A stretch of DNA of 64,000 nucleotides from Mytilus trossulus (Eukaryota), in contig NC_086373.1 in assembly GCF_036588685.1 (NCBI RefSeq), positions 868,001-932,000 of the forward strand. The letters are read 5' to 3'. Both the position numbers and the translations under genes were made by a program. The notes below the pieces were generated by a model. The model was given only the letters and a program-made list of their open reading frames with translations. It had not been told where the DNA came from and did no database searches. This document shows positions 1 through 13,800 of the stretch, piece by piece. Position 1 is the stretch's first letter. Each line of letters begins with the position of its first letter.

Positions 1-41
1 ATGCCATGACAATGTCTAAGTAACCTTACTGTCGAGTTATA

Positions 42-206
42 CAGTGTAACCTGTGTAATTCTGACACACTGCGGGAATATTCAAAAAAATGTTGGATAAG
101 GCAGGGTGTCGGAATACTCCTGTTTTTTTTTCTGAAAGGATATGCTTATTTTTGAACCATGAAAATGCATCGGATAAAGCAGGTGTCTGATTAGGCAGGT
201 TACACT
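42..206. mobile_element. Short pogo/Tc1-mariner-like MITE
   Basis: TIRs cagtgtaacctg / caggttacact(-) flanked by TA on both sides. Confidence 0.6.
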
Positions 207-598
207 TAAATAACAAAATATGTTCTTTGAATTGAGTGTTAGTTATAATCATTATTTTTTGTTTAAATGCCACAACAATTTCGAAATTCTTATTGTGCAA
301 GAACAATGTTTTTGCCATCATATTCCACTTGATTTTCTTATTATAACGTTTCATGTGTTATCTTTTATATCATCCCAATTAACTCTTCAGGTGACTTCTT
401 TTATGTTTTAAGTCTTTCTCTTATAAATGAGTTTAAGTTGCATTTTTTTTAAGATCTTGTTAAATGTCATGTGCAGTTTCATGATGAAGATTTTTATTTG
501 TGTTGGTTTGTGTCTTTTAAACATTGTTGACATCCATTTTATTTCAACTAATGATCTTCAAATTTGTTTTTGTTTGGCTTTATAACTATTTTAATCTG

Positions 599-643
599 AG
601 AGTAACTGATGAATCTTATGTAGACGAAAAGTGTGTCTGGCGT
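599..643 (+). ncRNA. Decayed minimal type I hammerhead ribozyme (Penelope/retrozyme-type remnant)
   Basis: Core CTGATGA (606-612), stem II atct-tatgt-agac, GAAA (626-629), then gtgtGTC cleavage triplet and tggcg. Stems I and III are disrupted. Confidence 0.6.
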
Positions 644-3600
644 ATTTAATCATAAGTGTGGTACCTTTGATAAATATTAGTGGATAGTGGTCTCATTGGC
701 AATCATACCACATCTCTTTCTTTTTATATTAAGCAATCAACAATCAATCAGTTAAATTGCATTTAGTTTAAATGTCACAACAAGGCCATTCACCATTAAA
801 AAGAGTTGTGAGGTTAAATAATAAAAAAAACTTCAATTTTTCTGTTTCTTTATTTAGAGCATTGTGAGATGGTCACACACATATGTCCATTAAAGAAAGG
901 CATAGCTTACGATTCTTTTTTTTGACAAACATATCTTTTCACTCAGAAAAGAATAAAGACATCAATAAAGACATGTAATCAATATTGAATTGTATTTCTA
1001 TGCCCTAGTAAAAACTGTTTTATATCTTTTATTAAATTTCCATACCAGTTTTACTCACAAGGCATGCATATGTTTTATAAGAATCTAAGATGATTTCTTT
1101 GATGTTTAACTATTTTATAACTCAGACAAAATCTTACCAAGAAAAATTGCTAAAAAGTGTTAGAAAAATGTAGATAAATGTCTTAAAATTGATGCCAAAT
1201 AAAAATGCTAAAGTTTTTGAAGTTCAGTATTTTTTACTTTAATTCTAGATACGTCTATTTTTTTATTTTTTTTTATTCAACATCCCATGCAGGGATGGTA
1301 ATGGAACAAAAATAATAAAGAGAAAAGTGAATAAAAATCAAATTAAAAATAAAACATTTTTTTTTTTATTGTTTTGTCTTTTAACTATCATTTTTTATCT
1401 TCATATATTGTTTTATAAAGAAGGTAGGTATGGTAAACTGGAACAAAAGTAAAGTATTCTAAATGACTACAAGAAATCAATATAAAAAAAGAGAAAGTTT
1501 GTTCTAATATAAATAAAGAAAAAGTAATAATATAATTACTTACAATGAAAAAGCACAAACAACTGTTAATATATGAGCTGATTCCCATAAAAATTGACAT
1601 TGAATGATTCTGGAACAATGCACTGTGAAATAAAGAATGAGCTGTAGTCTGTTCTATAGGGTTCTTGTATTAGCTCTATTTAGAAACAGTTACAGAGTTT
1701 GCCAGATATTTTTCAACAAAAATTAAGTGAACAGATGTATATAATTATTTGTTCCTTTTGTTTTTTAATTGATGTGTTTCCTTCATTCTTCTCTCAATCA
1801 ATTTATGACATTTGAACAGCTGTAAATTACTGTTTCCTTTATTTGAATAAGGTTGAAATATATCGGAGGCAGCTCATATATAGAAATAATTACAAATGCA
1901 TAAATAAATTATTTGAATTTCTTATTAAAAAAAATAATGTTTAGTTTTAACAACCCTTGTTGTTTCAAGCAGAAAACTAGTTCTAATGGAGACACTAAAG
2001 ATTATATAAAAGAGTCAAAGTGTAATTACTGCCATTGTAATTATCTTCTGATTCACCCAATCACCAGTCTAACAATGTGGAGAAAAAGATATCTCATAAA
2101 ATTAAAATAAAAACTTTACTTTTTCATAATCTTTTAGTATAAAGTCCATTAACAGATTGGATTCTCTTTTCACAGTGACTAGAGATCGTGATTTTCCATA
2201 TTTCTACCTCAATAATATTTGTATGTAAATTTAAGCACCACTGACTGTCATATACTAAGTCTCATGATGCAATATAAATAGTCAAACTGACTTGATAGTT
2301 CTTATTCTTTAAGCCTCTGTTAGAGTCCCTGAAAATCACAGCACCATTTTTCTAGAAAAATATTTTGAAAAGATCTGATAGATACAAAATTAATTTACTA
2401 ATTCTTTGCTTCTGACAATACAGCAATATATACCAATCAGTTATTACTCAAACACATGTCATCAACTTAGAACTAATTCTATAGAAATCTTGGTAATGAA
2501 ACAATAAAAAACAGGAATTTCTTACAACTATTGTCATTCTAAATAGCAGTCTAAATTTTTCCAAAAGAATATTTCTAATTCAAATATGTCAATTCCTTAA
2601 TATTATGCAAGCTTAAAAGCAAGACATTACAAAATGGTTGAGCATTGAAAATGAAAATAAATCCATATGGCTAAATCATAACTTGTACAAAATTTAATAA
2701 AATATGTAAATTAAAAATAAATAAATTTTTGCAGGTTGATTCAGGATTCAAATCATTTTACATTTTCTTTTAAAATTGAGTGTAAAGTATTTTTTTCATG
2801 TCCTCTGACCATTGTTTATTGACATTTACTAATAACAAATAATACAACATAATGTTAGTAATCCTACTATAACAAACAAATGTATAAAAAATAAAAACAA
2901 AAAATAACCAATCTCTTGTACATCTGAGATCTAGTTTTCACCAGGTGTTGTCCAATAGTCCTGAACGTATGACAATGCTCCTTCATAATTCAACAATTAT
3001 TTTTCAAGTAAACATTATAATCATGAAAGTCCTCTTGTACCATACAACATGTTTTATTTTATAACCTTAAACATCATGACTTCATTACATTTCTCAGTAA
3101 AATAATGTTGTTACAAGGTAACATTGATGGCAAAGTAACAGCACTATTTTTCTTAACAACATAACCATAAATGATAACGCATTATCTATCTAGTTTAACA
3201 TCTTTGATTCGTTCACCTTTATGTCTTCCCAAAAAAGTGGCACAGTCAATATGTAATGCATATCAAATTTTTTATTCTTTAAAATTTCATCTTCTTGAAA
3301 TATTTAATATTTTTTGGCATCAATAGTAATTTCAGTTAGAAACTTTCAAGAAAGTAAATAAAGAACTCAATTATCTACCTCTTTGAAATTAATGAATGCA
3401 CATATTTTTGTTCTTATAAAATACTGCAAACATCAACAAATTTGGCTGATTTATGGAATTATCTGGGGAACTTTTTCTAAGTTCTTCAGGTAAACAAAAT
3501 AACAAATTATTGGTTGCTTAACATAGTTGCAGTGCAAAAAGCTATATTGTAATCTTATATATAACATGTGATTTTAATTTTCAAATTGAATCAATTTTTA

Positions 3601-5847
3601 AAGACTAAATTTACTGGTATACAAAAATATCCCCTGCCTTCAATTCAAGAATAACACAGTTGAACATATATAAAAGCATTTCTGTTTTCTCTTTAAAAAG
3701 GTTCAATTCTAATCACTTATTCACAACTTTATCAAGTCTCCAATATTAATTGTAAATATGGAGTTTCTAATTGTAAAACTTATTAAAATTTTCAGATTTT
3801 GTTCTTATAGAAATGAAACCTTTTTTTTTTAACCAAAATTTAAAAGATTTCACTAATTCCTTCCCATATATGATCATTTTTTATTTTTTTTCAGATACAA
3901 ATGCACGTCATGGGATTTAAATTTCAGTATATTACTTCCTGGATCTTTAAGATCTTCTTTTCATTTCAATACTTTATGGAACAGTTCTTTTTCTGTTTCA
4001 TATTTCACTTCTTTTTCTTTCTTTTTTATCATTCACTCTTTTCAACGACTGTTTAAACGTGTGTGTACTGGACACACATATGAAGCTTAACTCCACAACA
4101 TGATCTTATTAAAATAAAAAGATTCATAACAAATGACCACACTGCTTTCAATATAGATAAATAAGTTATAAAACATACTTTTTGAACCAATAATATATAT
4201 CTAAAAGTAAACCAAGTCACTGCTCTGAAAAAAAGTTCTTATTTAATGAAATCAAGATTTTTTTTAACCAACATGAAAAAAAACTTGTTCGTGATTTTCA
4301 ATACCATTCTATTATTAAGATATCAAAAGCAGTTTGATCATTCAAACATAAAACATTTAAAACATCACACATTTAACAACTTTCATAGGTAGCAACTTGT
4401 CAAAGCTTTGTATATAATGTAAAACTCTCTCTGAGGAAAATTAAAAAAATTTGTAGAACCTATTTCAGATTTATTTGCATTCCTTCAAAAAAATCTCTGA
4501 AAATGAAGGTAAATAGGATATTTAAACCCACTATGAAGACAAATAGCAAGAAGGATTTTTTTTTAAAGTAAACAAGGTTGCTATATATGTAAGTTGTCAT
4601 TGTATGAATGAGTATGCTATGTTTCTTTTCTCTTATTGATATATTTTAATTTCAGCCTGAAATCACTCTATCTAGCATATAGATTTAATCTTAAAATATT
4701 TTAATACATTCAAACAAGTTAAAAGAAACATATCATCTCTTACAAACACTGTACATTAAACATGATAAATCGAAAACTGGATGGTAGTAAATCTTAAAAG
4801 TTATATATAGTCTGTGTTGTAATGTAAAACATAATGTGGAATAACTTATGTCAATAATCTGACAATTTTGCTACAAACATTTTTCCTTTATTTTATATTT
4901 CTTTTTTTAACAGTTTAATCAAGCTGGAAGCAACTCCAAATAATGTTTGATGTACAGTGTTTAAAAATATAAAATTGAGCACCATAGATATGGCGACTAT
5001 CAAAAGGTATATTGCATTGTTATAGATTGCACTATACCGGGGTAATAACAAAAACAAAGAACTTGAAATGAATGGTTAGAAAACAAAGGGAAAAATTCAA
5101 ATTGCTTAATATTGAATAATTGTCTGACATTATCAATATCAATAGTATTGATGTTGTCACTATGTTTTTGGCAATATCTTACTTTGTAATAAGCATTATA
5201 CTTTTAATTTGATTAAATTTAAACAATTTGCATATAATGTTTTATGTTCAGACACTGTCTATTTAATATGTTGTTAACCTGCTTGTCTTCTTTACAAACA
5301 TTTCAAGATCTTAACACTTTAAAGAATATTAAAAAAATAATTGTATTAGATCAAATCACCATTTGGAGAAAAATGGCTTTATTCAAACCTTTAAATTAGT
5401 GTTATTAATATTTTTGACCAATAATAATTCTGTCCTTGAACATATTCAAATAAATTGGTTAAGTCTATTTGATGGGTATAACTTGTCACTGGTCTGAATG
5501 TTATTAACACAGTGTCCACTTGATCTGTCAAACCTCATTCAATGTCACCCTAGAATAATCATCAATTGATGCAATGTAGGAGTTTGTGGTCATTTAGAAA
5601 GTTAGTTATAACTTATAAATTCTAACAGACTTTAAATATTTCTCTCAACACCTTAACTTAAGATATCAAACTCCTAAATTGCAAGTTATTTCATCAAAAT
5701 AGCCGTTTCAAACTTATCTGCAGACTTACATTGAGTAGAGGGGTATCTATAAGGCAAACTGACCACAAAGAATAATCAGTTATTTCTGTAAGAAAAGTTT
5801 GTACCCCACAAGTTTATGAATGTTCTGCAGGTAGGTTTGAAAATCTA

Positions 5848-5987
5848 CAAGTAACTACATAATGTATTAACAGTAGTCCCTCCAAGTAACTACATAATGT
5901 ATTAACAGTAGTCCCTCCAAGTAACTACATAATGTATTAACAGTAGTCCCTCCAAGTAACTACATAATGTATTAACAGTAGTCCCTC
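5848..5987. repeat. 35-bp tandem repeat x4
   Basis: caagtaactacataatgtattaacagtagtccctc, near-perfect copies. Confidence 0.95.
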
Positions 5988-6084
5988 CCTAAGTACATGG
6001 AGAAATATAAAGAAAAAGTTTGTGTGCAAGATGTAGTAAGAGAGGGACTTCTGCACTGCAATCATTCATCCAAAAATACATTCC

Positions 6085-6308
6085 ACCAAACAAGACAGTT
6101 TAACATCATTCAACTCACCAAGACACTTATACACATTATTTCACCAAACAAGACACTTACACACATTATCTCACTCACCAAGACACTTGTACACATCATT
6201 TAACTCAACAAGACACTTACACACATTATCTCACTCACCAAGACACTTATACACATTACATCCCTCAACAAGACATTTATAAAAATTATTTCACTCAACA
6301 AGACACTA
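6085..6308. repeat. Degenerate 30-bp tandem repeat x~7
   Basis: caagacactta(c/t)acacattatctcactca(c/a) recurs every 30 bp. Confidence 0.85.
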
Positions 6309-6420
6309 AATTCACAAGTCACTCATTTTCATAAAATATCACAACACATTTAATATGGACTAGTTTTAAAAACAGCCATACTCCATGTTTTCTGCCTCTT
6401 CCTCGCTTTATGTGAATATG

Positions 6421-6552
6421 CAGAGGCATATCTAGAGAGGGCCCTTCTTTTAAAAAAAACATTGGTTGATTAGATAGAGAAGCATGACCGGAGAGGCCCC
6501 TCTTATGCAGTCAATGGGCCCCCACTTATAAAAATATATGGATCCGACACTG
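6421..6552. mobile_element. Degenerate short MITE (CAG...CTG termini, imperfect 5-bp TSD)
   Basis: cagaggcatatc ... ggatccgacactg; flanks atatg / aaatg. Confidence 0.45.
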
Positions 6553-7138
6553 AAATGTTTTACAATTGATACCCAACAAATCTTGTCGAATAAGCTCGGC
6601 ACTTGCATCACTCCAATGTCAGATTGCCTTACAACAATAAATGGTTACACTGTCCAAATTCCTTTGCTGATAAATTGAAAGTATTGAGTAAATCACTGAC
6701 TTATGCCATTTTATGCAGATACAATGTTAAGCTGCCATCACTATTACATACAGTGAAACCCAGTTTGTCAAAAACATTTGGAAGATTTTGATTGGACAAG
6801 ACAGAAGGACAGACTTGTTCAAAATGTGTATGATGTGGTATTTACCATAGTAACCAATATCTGGTACACGTCCACTCAGGGATAATGGATATAGTTCACA
6901 CAGACATGAAATTGATCAAATAATCTAAAGGTCACTGTACAAATCTAATATCAGCATTCACAGTAAATAACCTAATGAAGTTTCTTTATATTTCAGGAGG
7001 CAATTTCAAGTTTTGAAAAACTGTTGCTTTTGAAAGCTAAGGTTATACAAATTAAAATTGTCTTGTTATCTGAACACTATAGAAAACAGACCAGTTATTA
7101 TTAATGATGTAAAGGAAATTCAAATGTATGATTTTCCT

Positions 7139-7745
7139 TGCACACATAAATTGTCAATACACAGACAATGCACACATAAACTGTCCATACACAGACAATG
7201 CACACATAAATTGTCAATACACAGACAATGCACACATAAACTGTCCATACACAGACAATGCACACATAAATTGTCAATACACAGACAATGCACACATAAA
7301 CTGTCAATACACAGACAATGCACACATAAACTGTCCATACACAGATAATGCACACATAAACTGTCAATACACAGATAATGCACACATAAACTGTCCATAC
7401 ACAGACAATGCACACATAAACTGTCCATACACAGACAATGCACACATAAACTGTCCATACACAGACAATGCACACATAAACTGTCCATACACAGACAATG
7501 CACACATAAACTGTCCATACACAGATAATGCACACATAAACTGTCCATACACAGACAATGCACACATAAACTGTCCATACACAGACAATGCACACATAAA
7601 CTGTCCATACACAGACAATGCACACATAAACTGTCCATACACAGACAATGCACACATAAACTGTCCATACACAGACAATGCACACATAAACTGTCCATAC
7701 ACAGACAATGCACACATGTACATAAACTGTCCATACACAGACAAA
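7139..7745. repeat. 30-bp minisatellite x~20
   Basis: tgcacacataaactgtccatacacagacaa; produces spurious ORFs in several frames. Confidence 0.97.
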
Positions 7746-8795
7746 ACTATTGATATTACACCTAACTTTAAACACAAATGTATACACATTTAACATGGCA
7801 TGATAACCACAAATCAATATATATAAAGCATCATATTATACACAAATCAACAATTATGAAGAATACATAACTGAAAACACCATTGAATCCAAACTGTAAT
7901 GTGATTTGTGTAATTTATATTTTCCCTTCAACTTTATCCTAAATAACAACAATGTAATAGATATGTGTATCTGTATGTTATTGTCTATTCTTGACCATCA
8001 TCACCTTTAATAACACTAGCATTTAATGCCTTTTAAAAAATACACTAAATAATTTATGATAAAAAGTAAAATACACACATCTCTTTGTAGACATACACAC
8101 TTATCATATATGTATATGTATGTAATGATTGATAAGTTATACAGAGATCTAGGGAATGACAACAATCACATTATTGTATAGAAAGAAAGTATATCATTTT
8201 ATAATCCCCTCAGTGAACCCCTATACTTCATCATGTGTAACTTTAACTTTGTACATCACAAAGATTAATGTACAAACTGGCCTCTTGCATAACAGAATAT
8301 GTGGTATTCAAACAATGTCAGTTAATTCACAGTAAATTTTTTAGCTCTGTGATGACTGTATTTATTTAAAAATGAAAATTTTGTGATGTGAAAATGTTAT
8401 CAATGATGTCAATATTTGTTCGAACTCTAATCTCTAAACTGACACAAAAATACAGGGCTCTTTTCATAAAAAAACCTTAATACTATACCATTTTTTTCAT
8501 TAGATTTTTGGTGAAAATAGTTTTACATCTTTTACCTTATATTCAGATTCAATAAAAAATAACAAACAATATGTTGTGTTAATAAGCTTGAATTGGTCAT
8601 TGTAAAAGTAAAATGCACAATTATTAGCTAATGAATAAACAGGTCAAAGTTCATACATGAAAAGGATTATCTATATTCATAAATTTGAAATGCAGTCAAC
8701 CAGAGATAATTTTACAAGTCAACAGAATTCATAAACTGATACAACATGAAAATAAGAAGATGTGGAATGATCGTCAATGAGACAGTTCACCACCA

Positions 8796-8893
8796 GAGAC
8801 CAAATGGTATAGAGATTAGCAACAGAAGGTCATGGTTCAACCTTGAGACCAAATCATATAGAGATTAGCAACAGAAGGTCATGGTTCAACCTT
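8796..8893. repeat. ~49-bp direct duplication at the end of a SINE-like fragment
   Basis: gagaccaaat..tatagagattagcaacagaaggtcatggttcaacctt twice. Confidence 0.85.
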
Positions 8894-10710
8894 TAACAAC
8901 TAGCAAAACTCATACAGTAGAATATACTTTCTTTATAAGTTTTGCATTCATTAAATGAACATGACCTTTGTCCAAAAATAAATCTTCCTTTCCTAACCTC
9001 CCACATTATTTCTCAAGGAATAACTCCTAATAAAAATACTTAAATTGTATGAATAGCACAAGCAGGTACCGTTTAATACCATAATACAAATAGAAGACAC
9101 CTAATGCCAAAATAGACCCAACATTTTATTGAACTTGAGAAAAGAATAATTTGATTGATTAGTTAATTGGTAATTAGCCCAACTTTCAATATTATTGTGC
9201 TATTTCTCTGGAGTCAGTGTTTATTGATAGAGAAAGCCAGAGTGCATGGTGAAAACCATAATCTTTTAAAGCGAAGTTTGACACGATCACTTATGTTTAA
9301 ACATTCTTGCCAATGAAGTTATATTCACTTGTTACCTATCACAAAATAATATTAGAATATAGTGATAGGTAATATTTACAATGATTCTTAGAACTATACA
9401 AATTTGGCATTAAGCATTGACTAGTTTAAATGAAAAAATGTTCAAACATATGCAAATATAATTAGCATTTTCATTACTATTGTAGTATATAAAACACTAC
9501 AGATACACTTAGAATGCACAATGAATTTATTGTCAAAATATGACTTTTGATGGTAAATTAGGATATGTAGGCAACTTCAATCATGATAATAACATGTAAG
9601 AAAGAGAAATGAACTCTCCTTATCATTGTACCTAAGGGAGATAATTTGATGCTTTCCCTAACAGAAGAATTTTTGTTGTTATCTCCCTTACTTAATTAGA
9701 TTTAAGACTTGTGAAACAAATTACTTATTTTTACAATAATGAAAGCTGAGCTTCCAATTTAGTTCTAAGGACTCAAAAAATGACTGATGGTAAGTTATAC
9801 TTCTGTGAAGCAGGAGGCATGAATGAAAACTAATATGTAAATCACAAATACAAGTGTTTCATTACTACATACACAAAACCGAGGAGTACTATCAATAACT
9901 TCTCAAGGCATATCTTCTATGGATTCACACATGATGTATTGTAACAATTTATCAAAGACCACAACCATATCATTGAGTTATATAAGTGGCCAATATATAT
10001 ATTTTTCATATCTAAGGCATGTAAAACAAAAGCAAATTACACAGCTATTATACTGTATCTAACACAAAAATAATGAATTAAATTTTGGCAAAATACCTTT
10101 AGTTCAAAATTACTTTAACTATATTTGTGCAAATTCCTTCTCACATTGTAATTACATGAATTATAGTTGTTGATAATTCTTTGTATCAAGAGATATTGCA
10201 CTTGAGTCATTATTTTACAGGAGTAAGCTAAAAATATAATATTACATGGCAACTTATACATAAGGTATTTAATCTAAATTAAACATGTTCTAAAAGATAT
10301 GCAAAAAGTTTTGTGAAATGTATTACATAATACAATAACTTGTCACTATGATGTAGCATTGTAAGTAATAACAATGTCATATCTATTTTAAGTCAACATT
10401 GCTATTCTTAAGAGATCTTCATAGTATGCTTTTACACTTAGCATCAAACATTTCTTACAATTTTTTCACATGACAAATAACATGTTTACCATCATATACT
10501 AACAATTGTATTTATAACAAAATATCATAAGATATCACATTGAAACACAAATAACATATGTCTAATACTGATTTGTAATTATTGCTTGAACAATACAAAT
10601 ACCAGCATATTATCTGTTAGAGATTGTACATTGAATGATTTCACAACAATCAGATAAATCAACTGACTCAGCACTTTTCTTCAATGATTTTTCTCTCAAG
10701 GTCTGTTGAT

Positions 10711-10716
10711 TTTATT
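10711..10716 (-). promoter_or_regulatory. Candidate proximal polyadenylation signal AATAAA
   Basis: tttatt on the + strand about 50 nt after the stop. AT-rich context makes it uncertain, and the 3'UTR may be much longer. Confidence 0.3.
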
Positions 10717-10764
10717 TCTCTTGATCTTCCTGAAGGGGTAAACCAGTCAAGCATGAAGTTTGTG

Positions 10765-10836
10765 TTACGATTTGGACATCTCTTTCAGACTGCTTAAGTA
10801 TGCTTCATGTAATGTATTTATGAAACTAGGATCTGT
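10765..10836 (-). CDS. DCP1: DCP1 last coding exon (TDPSFINTLHEAYLSSLKEMSKS*)
   Basis: ttttttcag acceptor; FxxxLHEAY trimerization motif; TAA stop at 10765-10767. Confidence 0.95.
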   Translation of the reverse strand, partial: TDPSFINTLHEAYLSSLKEMSKS

Positions 10837-13800
10837 CTGAAAAAAAGAAAGAAAAATAAAACGTTAGACAGTCAGAATTTTACAACATAACAAAAATAAA
10901 ACAATTGCAGAATATTAAAATTTTTACAAATGCATGACTGAAAAAGTTGAATCAATGTGCCGATATTTTCCACATATAACACTGCAATGGAATGAGTGAA
11001 AACCATCAAAACTAGAGGTTACCATATTTCTCTCACAAAAAAGTTTTTGGGACTTACATGAACTGGGCTAGAATAAGACTTTTTAGGGGTTTTTCAAGGG
11101 TATATCAAGGTCATACCATTATCTTGTATTTACCTTCATGAGATATACAATTGCCTGCTGTAATTGTTCCTTAGTTAAAGCTGCAACAGGAAGTAGACTA
11201 GTGCTGCCCTCTGCCGATGACCCTGAATCATTACTTCTATTCAGTTTTCCTTGATCATCTGTTATAACGAAAGTATAGAAATTGAAAATCCAAAAATGTA
11301 TATATTGCATGGACAACAGTTTAAACACTTAAATTACAATAAGTTGACCAGGTGAAAAAAAGTTTTCATCATTCACATAAGATGATCTGAAATGTGACAT
11401 GCAAAATAACTTTTATGTGAGAATTTACTATAGATATTATGATGAAGTTAAAAAAATGGAACCATCTGCTAAAAGGAATAGTCCTAAATTTGGCCATGAT
11501 AAAATTGTGTCTTATTCATCATTTTTGGCTTCAATGTATTCTTAAGGTCTGTTTCTAGCCACATAATTTAATAGAACAAGCATTCTGCACAAAACCATCA
11601 GATCGGAACAAAATTCCAACTTGATCTGTAATTTGTCATGGTAAAACAATTCACCAAATATCAATCAATATATTCAAGCCTGAACAAAAACTAGAGAGCC
11701 TGTGTCGCTCACCTTGGTCTATGTGAATATTAAACAAAGGACGCAGATGGATTCATGACATAATTGTGTTTTGGTGATGGTGATGTGTTTGTACATCTTA
11801 ATTTACTGAACATTCTAGCTGCTTACAATTATCTCTATCTATAATTAACTTGGCCCAGTAGTTTCAGAGGAGAAGATTTTTGTAAAAGATTACTAAGATT
11901 TACAAAAAATGGTTAAAACTTGACTTCAAAGGGCAATAACTCCTAAAGGGTTTGAGTTATAAGCCAAAAACTGCATTATACCCCTATGTTCTATTTTTAG
12001 CCGTGGCGGCAATCTTGAATGTTTGACCAGGTCATTGGACAAATTTTTCCTTTGGGCCAGGTGAGCTAAAAATTGGAAAACTGATTTGCCTGATTGACAA
12101 ATGGACAGATCAATCACTACACATACCTGATAATGTTGATGATGGAGATTTTTGTGAGCCTCTGACAAACGCCATCGGTGATAATAAGACATCTGAGTTA
12201 AGTGAGGCGGCTGCTGCTGTTAGCTGCTTTGTTGACGGAACACTGCCCTGTTAATATAGGTATAAAACTTATAAGGTATATTTATTCTGTATATTATAGC
12301 AAGTCTTATCAGAAATTATTGCAAATTTTTATACATGACAAATTGAAAATGAACATACGGTCAAAGCCATATAAGAACTGGCTGATGTGATGGCAGGGGC
12401 ATGACTATGAGATATGAAGACAAACTCTAGACTCAGTAGTCTCTAAACACTAATTTATCCAAGTCCAATTTGTTGTTAGGTTCAATTAACCTTTCTAATT
12501 TCAGTTACTATGATCTAGGACTGAGCTGTTAACAGAAATCGTAGTCCTAATGATAATATACATGACATGACCTAAACATTAACAGAAATCGTAGTCCTAA
12601 TGATAATATACATGACATGACCTAAACATTAACAGAAATCGTAGTCCTAATGATAATATACATGACATGACCTAAACATTAACAGAAATCGTAGTCCTAA
12701 TGATAATATACATGACCATCTACTAGGACTGAGCTGTTGACCTAAACATTAACAGAAATCGTAGTCCGTATGATAATATACATGACATGACCTAAACATT
12801 AACAGAAATCGTAGTCCTAATGATAATATACATGACATGACCTAAACATTAACAGAAATCGTAGTCCTAATGATAATATACATGACCTAAACATTAACAG
12901 AAATCGTAGTCCTAATGATAATATACATGACATGACCTAAACATTAACAGAAATCGTAGTCCTAATGATAATATACATGACCTAAACATTAACAGAAATC
13001 GTAGTCCTAATGATAATATACATGACATGACCTAAACATTAACAGAAATCGTAGTCCTAATGATAATATACATGACCATCTACTAGGACTGAGCTGTTGA
13101 CCTAAACATTAACAGAAATCGTAGTCCTAATGATAATATACATGACCATCTACTAGGACTGAGCTGTTGACCTAAACATTAACAGAAATCGTAGTCCTAA
13201 TGATAATATACATGACCATCTACTAGGACTGAGCTGTTGACCTAAACATTAACAGAAATCGTAGTCCTAATGATAATATACATGACCATCTATATATTTT
13301 GTTCTAATCAAAAGTAATGTAATACATGTAGTCTTCAGTTATCAAAAAAATAATGCAATTAAATTTTTTCAAATATATCAATCAACTCTTTCTACTTGTG
13401 ACCTGACTTTATAGGCATTGATTTTTTTCCATTTTTAAATAAGACTATATATCCAAATTTGGCAGCTATCTAAAATTTTAAAATTTTCTGAAAAAAAAAA
13501 TTCCACAAAGGAGTAGGTCCGGTAAGACCCCTTTTTGGTCCCAAAATATGGCAGTTTTACAAAATTGTTAAAATGTATACTTTTTGTTATTTATTGGACA
13601 GTAGAATGCTTCTGCTACATAAATATGGGCTGTTTTTGACAATACGATGTACATATATTGAGTACTAGCACCATTAAATCATGCTAAATTACTGAAATCT
13701 CCACAATTCTAGCATTTTGGTTAAATTTTAGACGGTTTCCGTGTAAAACGAAAGTGGCCGCATTCGTGTTCATCCAAAATATTTAAATGTAAGTTGTATT

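Noticed and set aside
7058-7817. Five overlapping ORFs (96-238 aa), Cys/His-rich and metallothionein-looking
   Set aside because: By-product of a 30-bp minisatellite; open in many frames on both strands, with no splice or gene context
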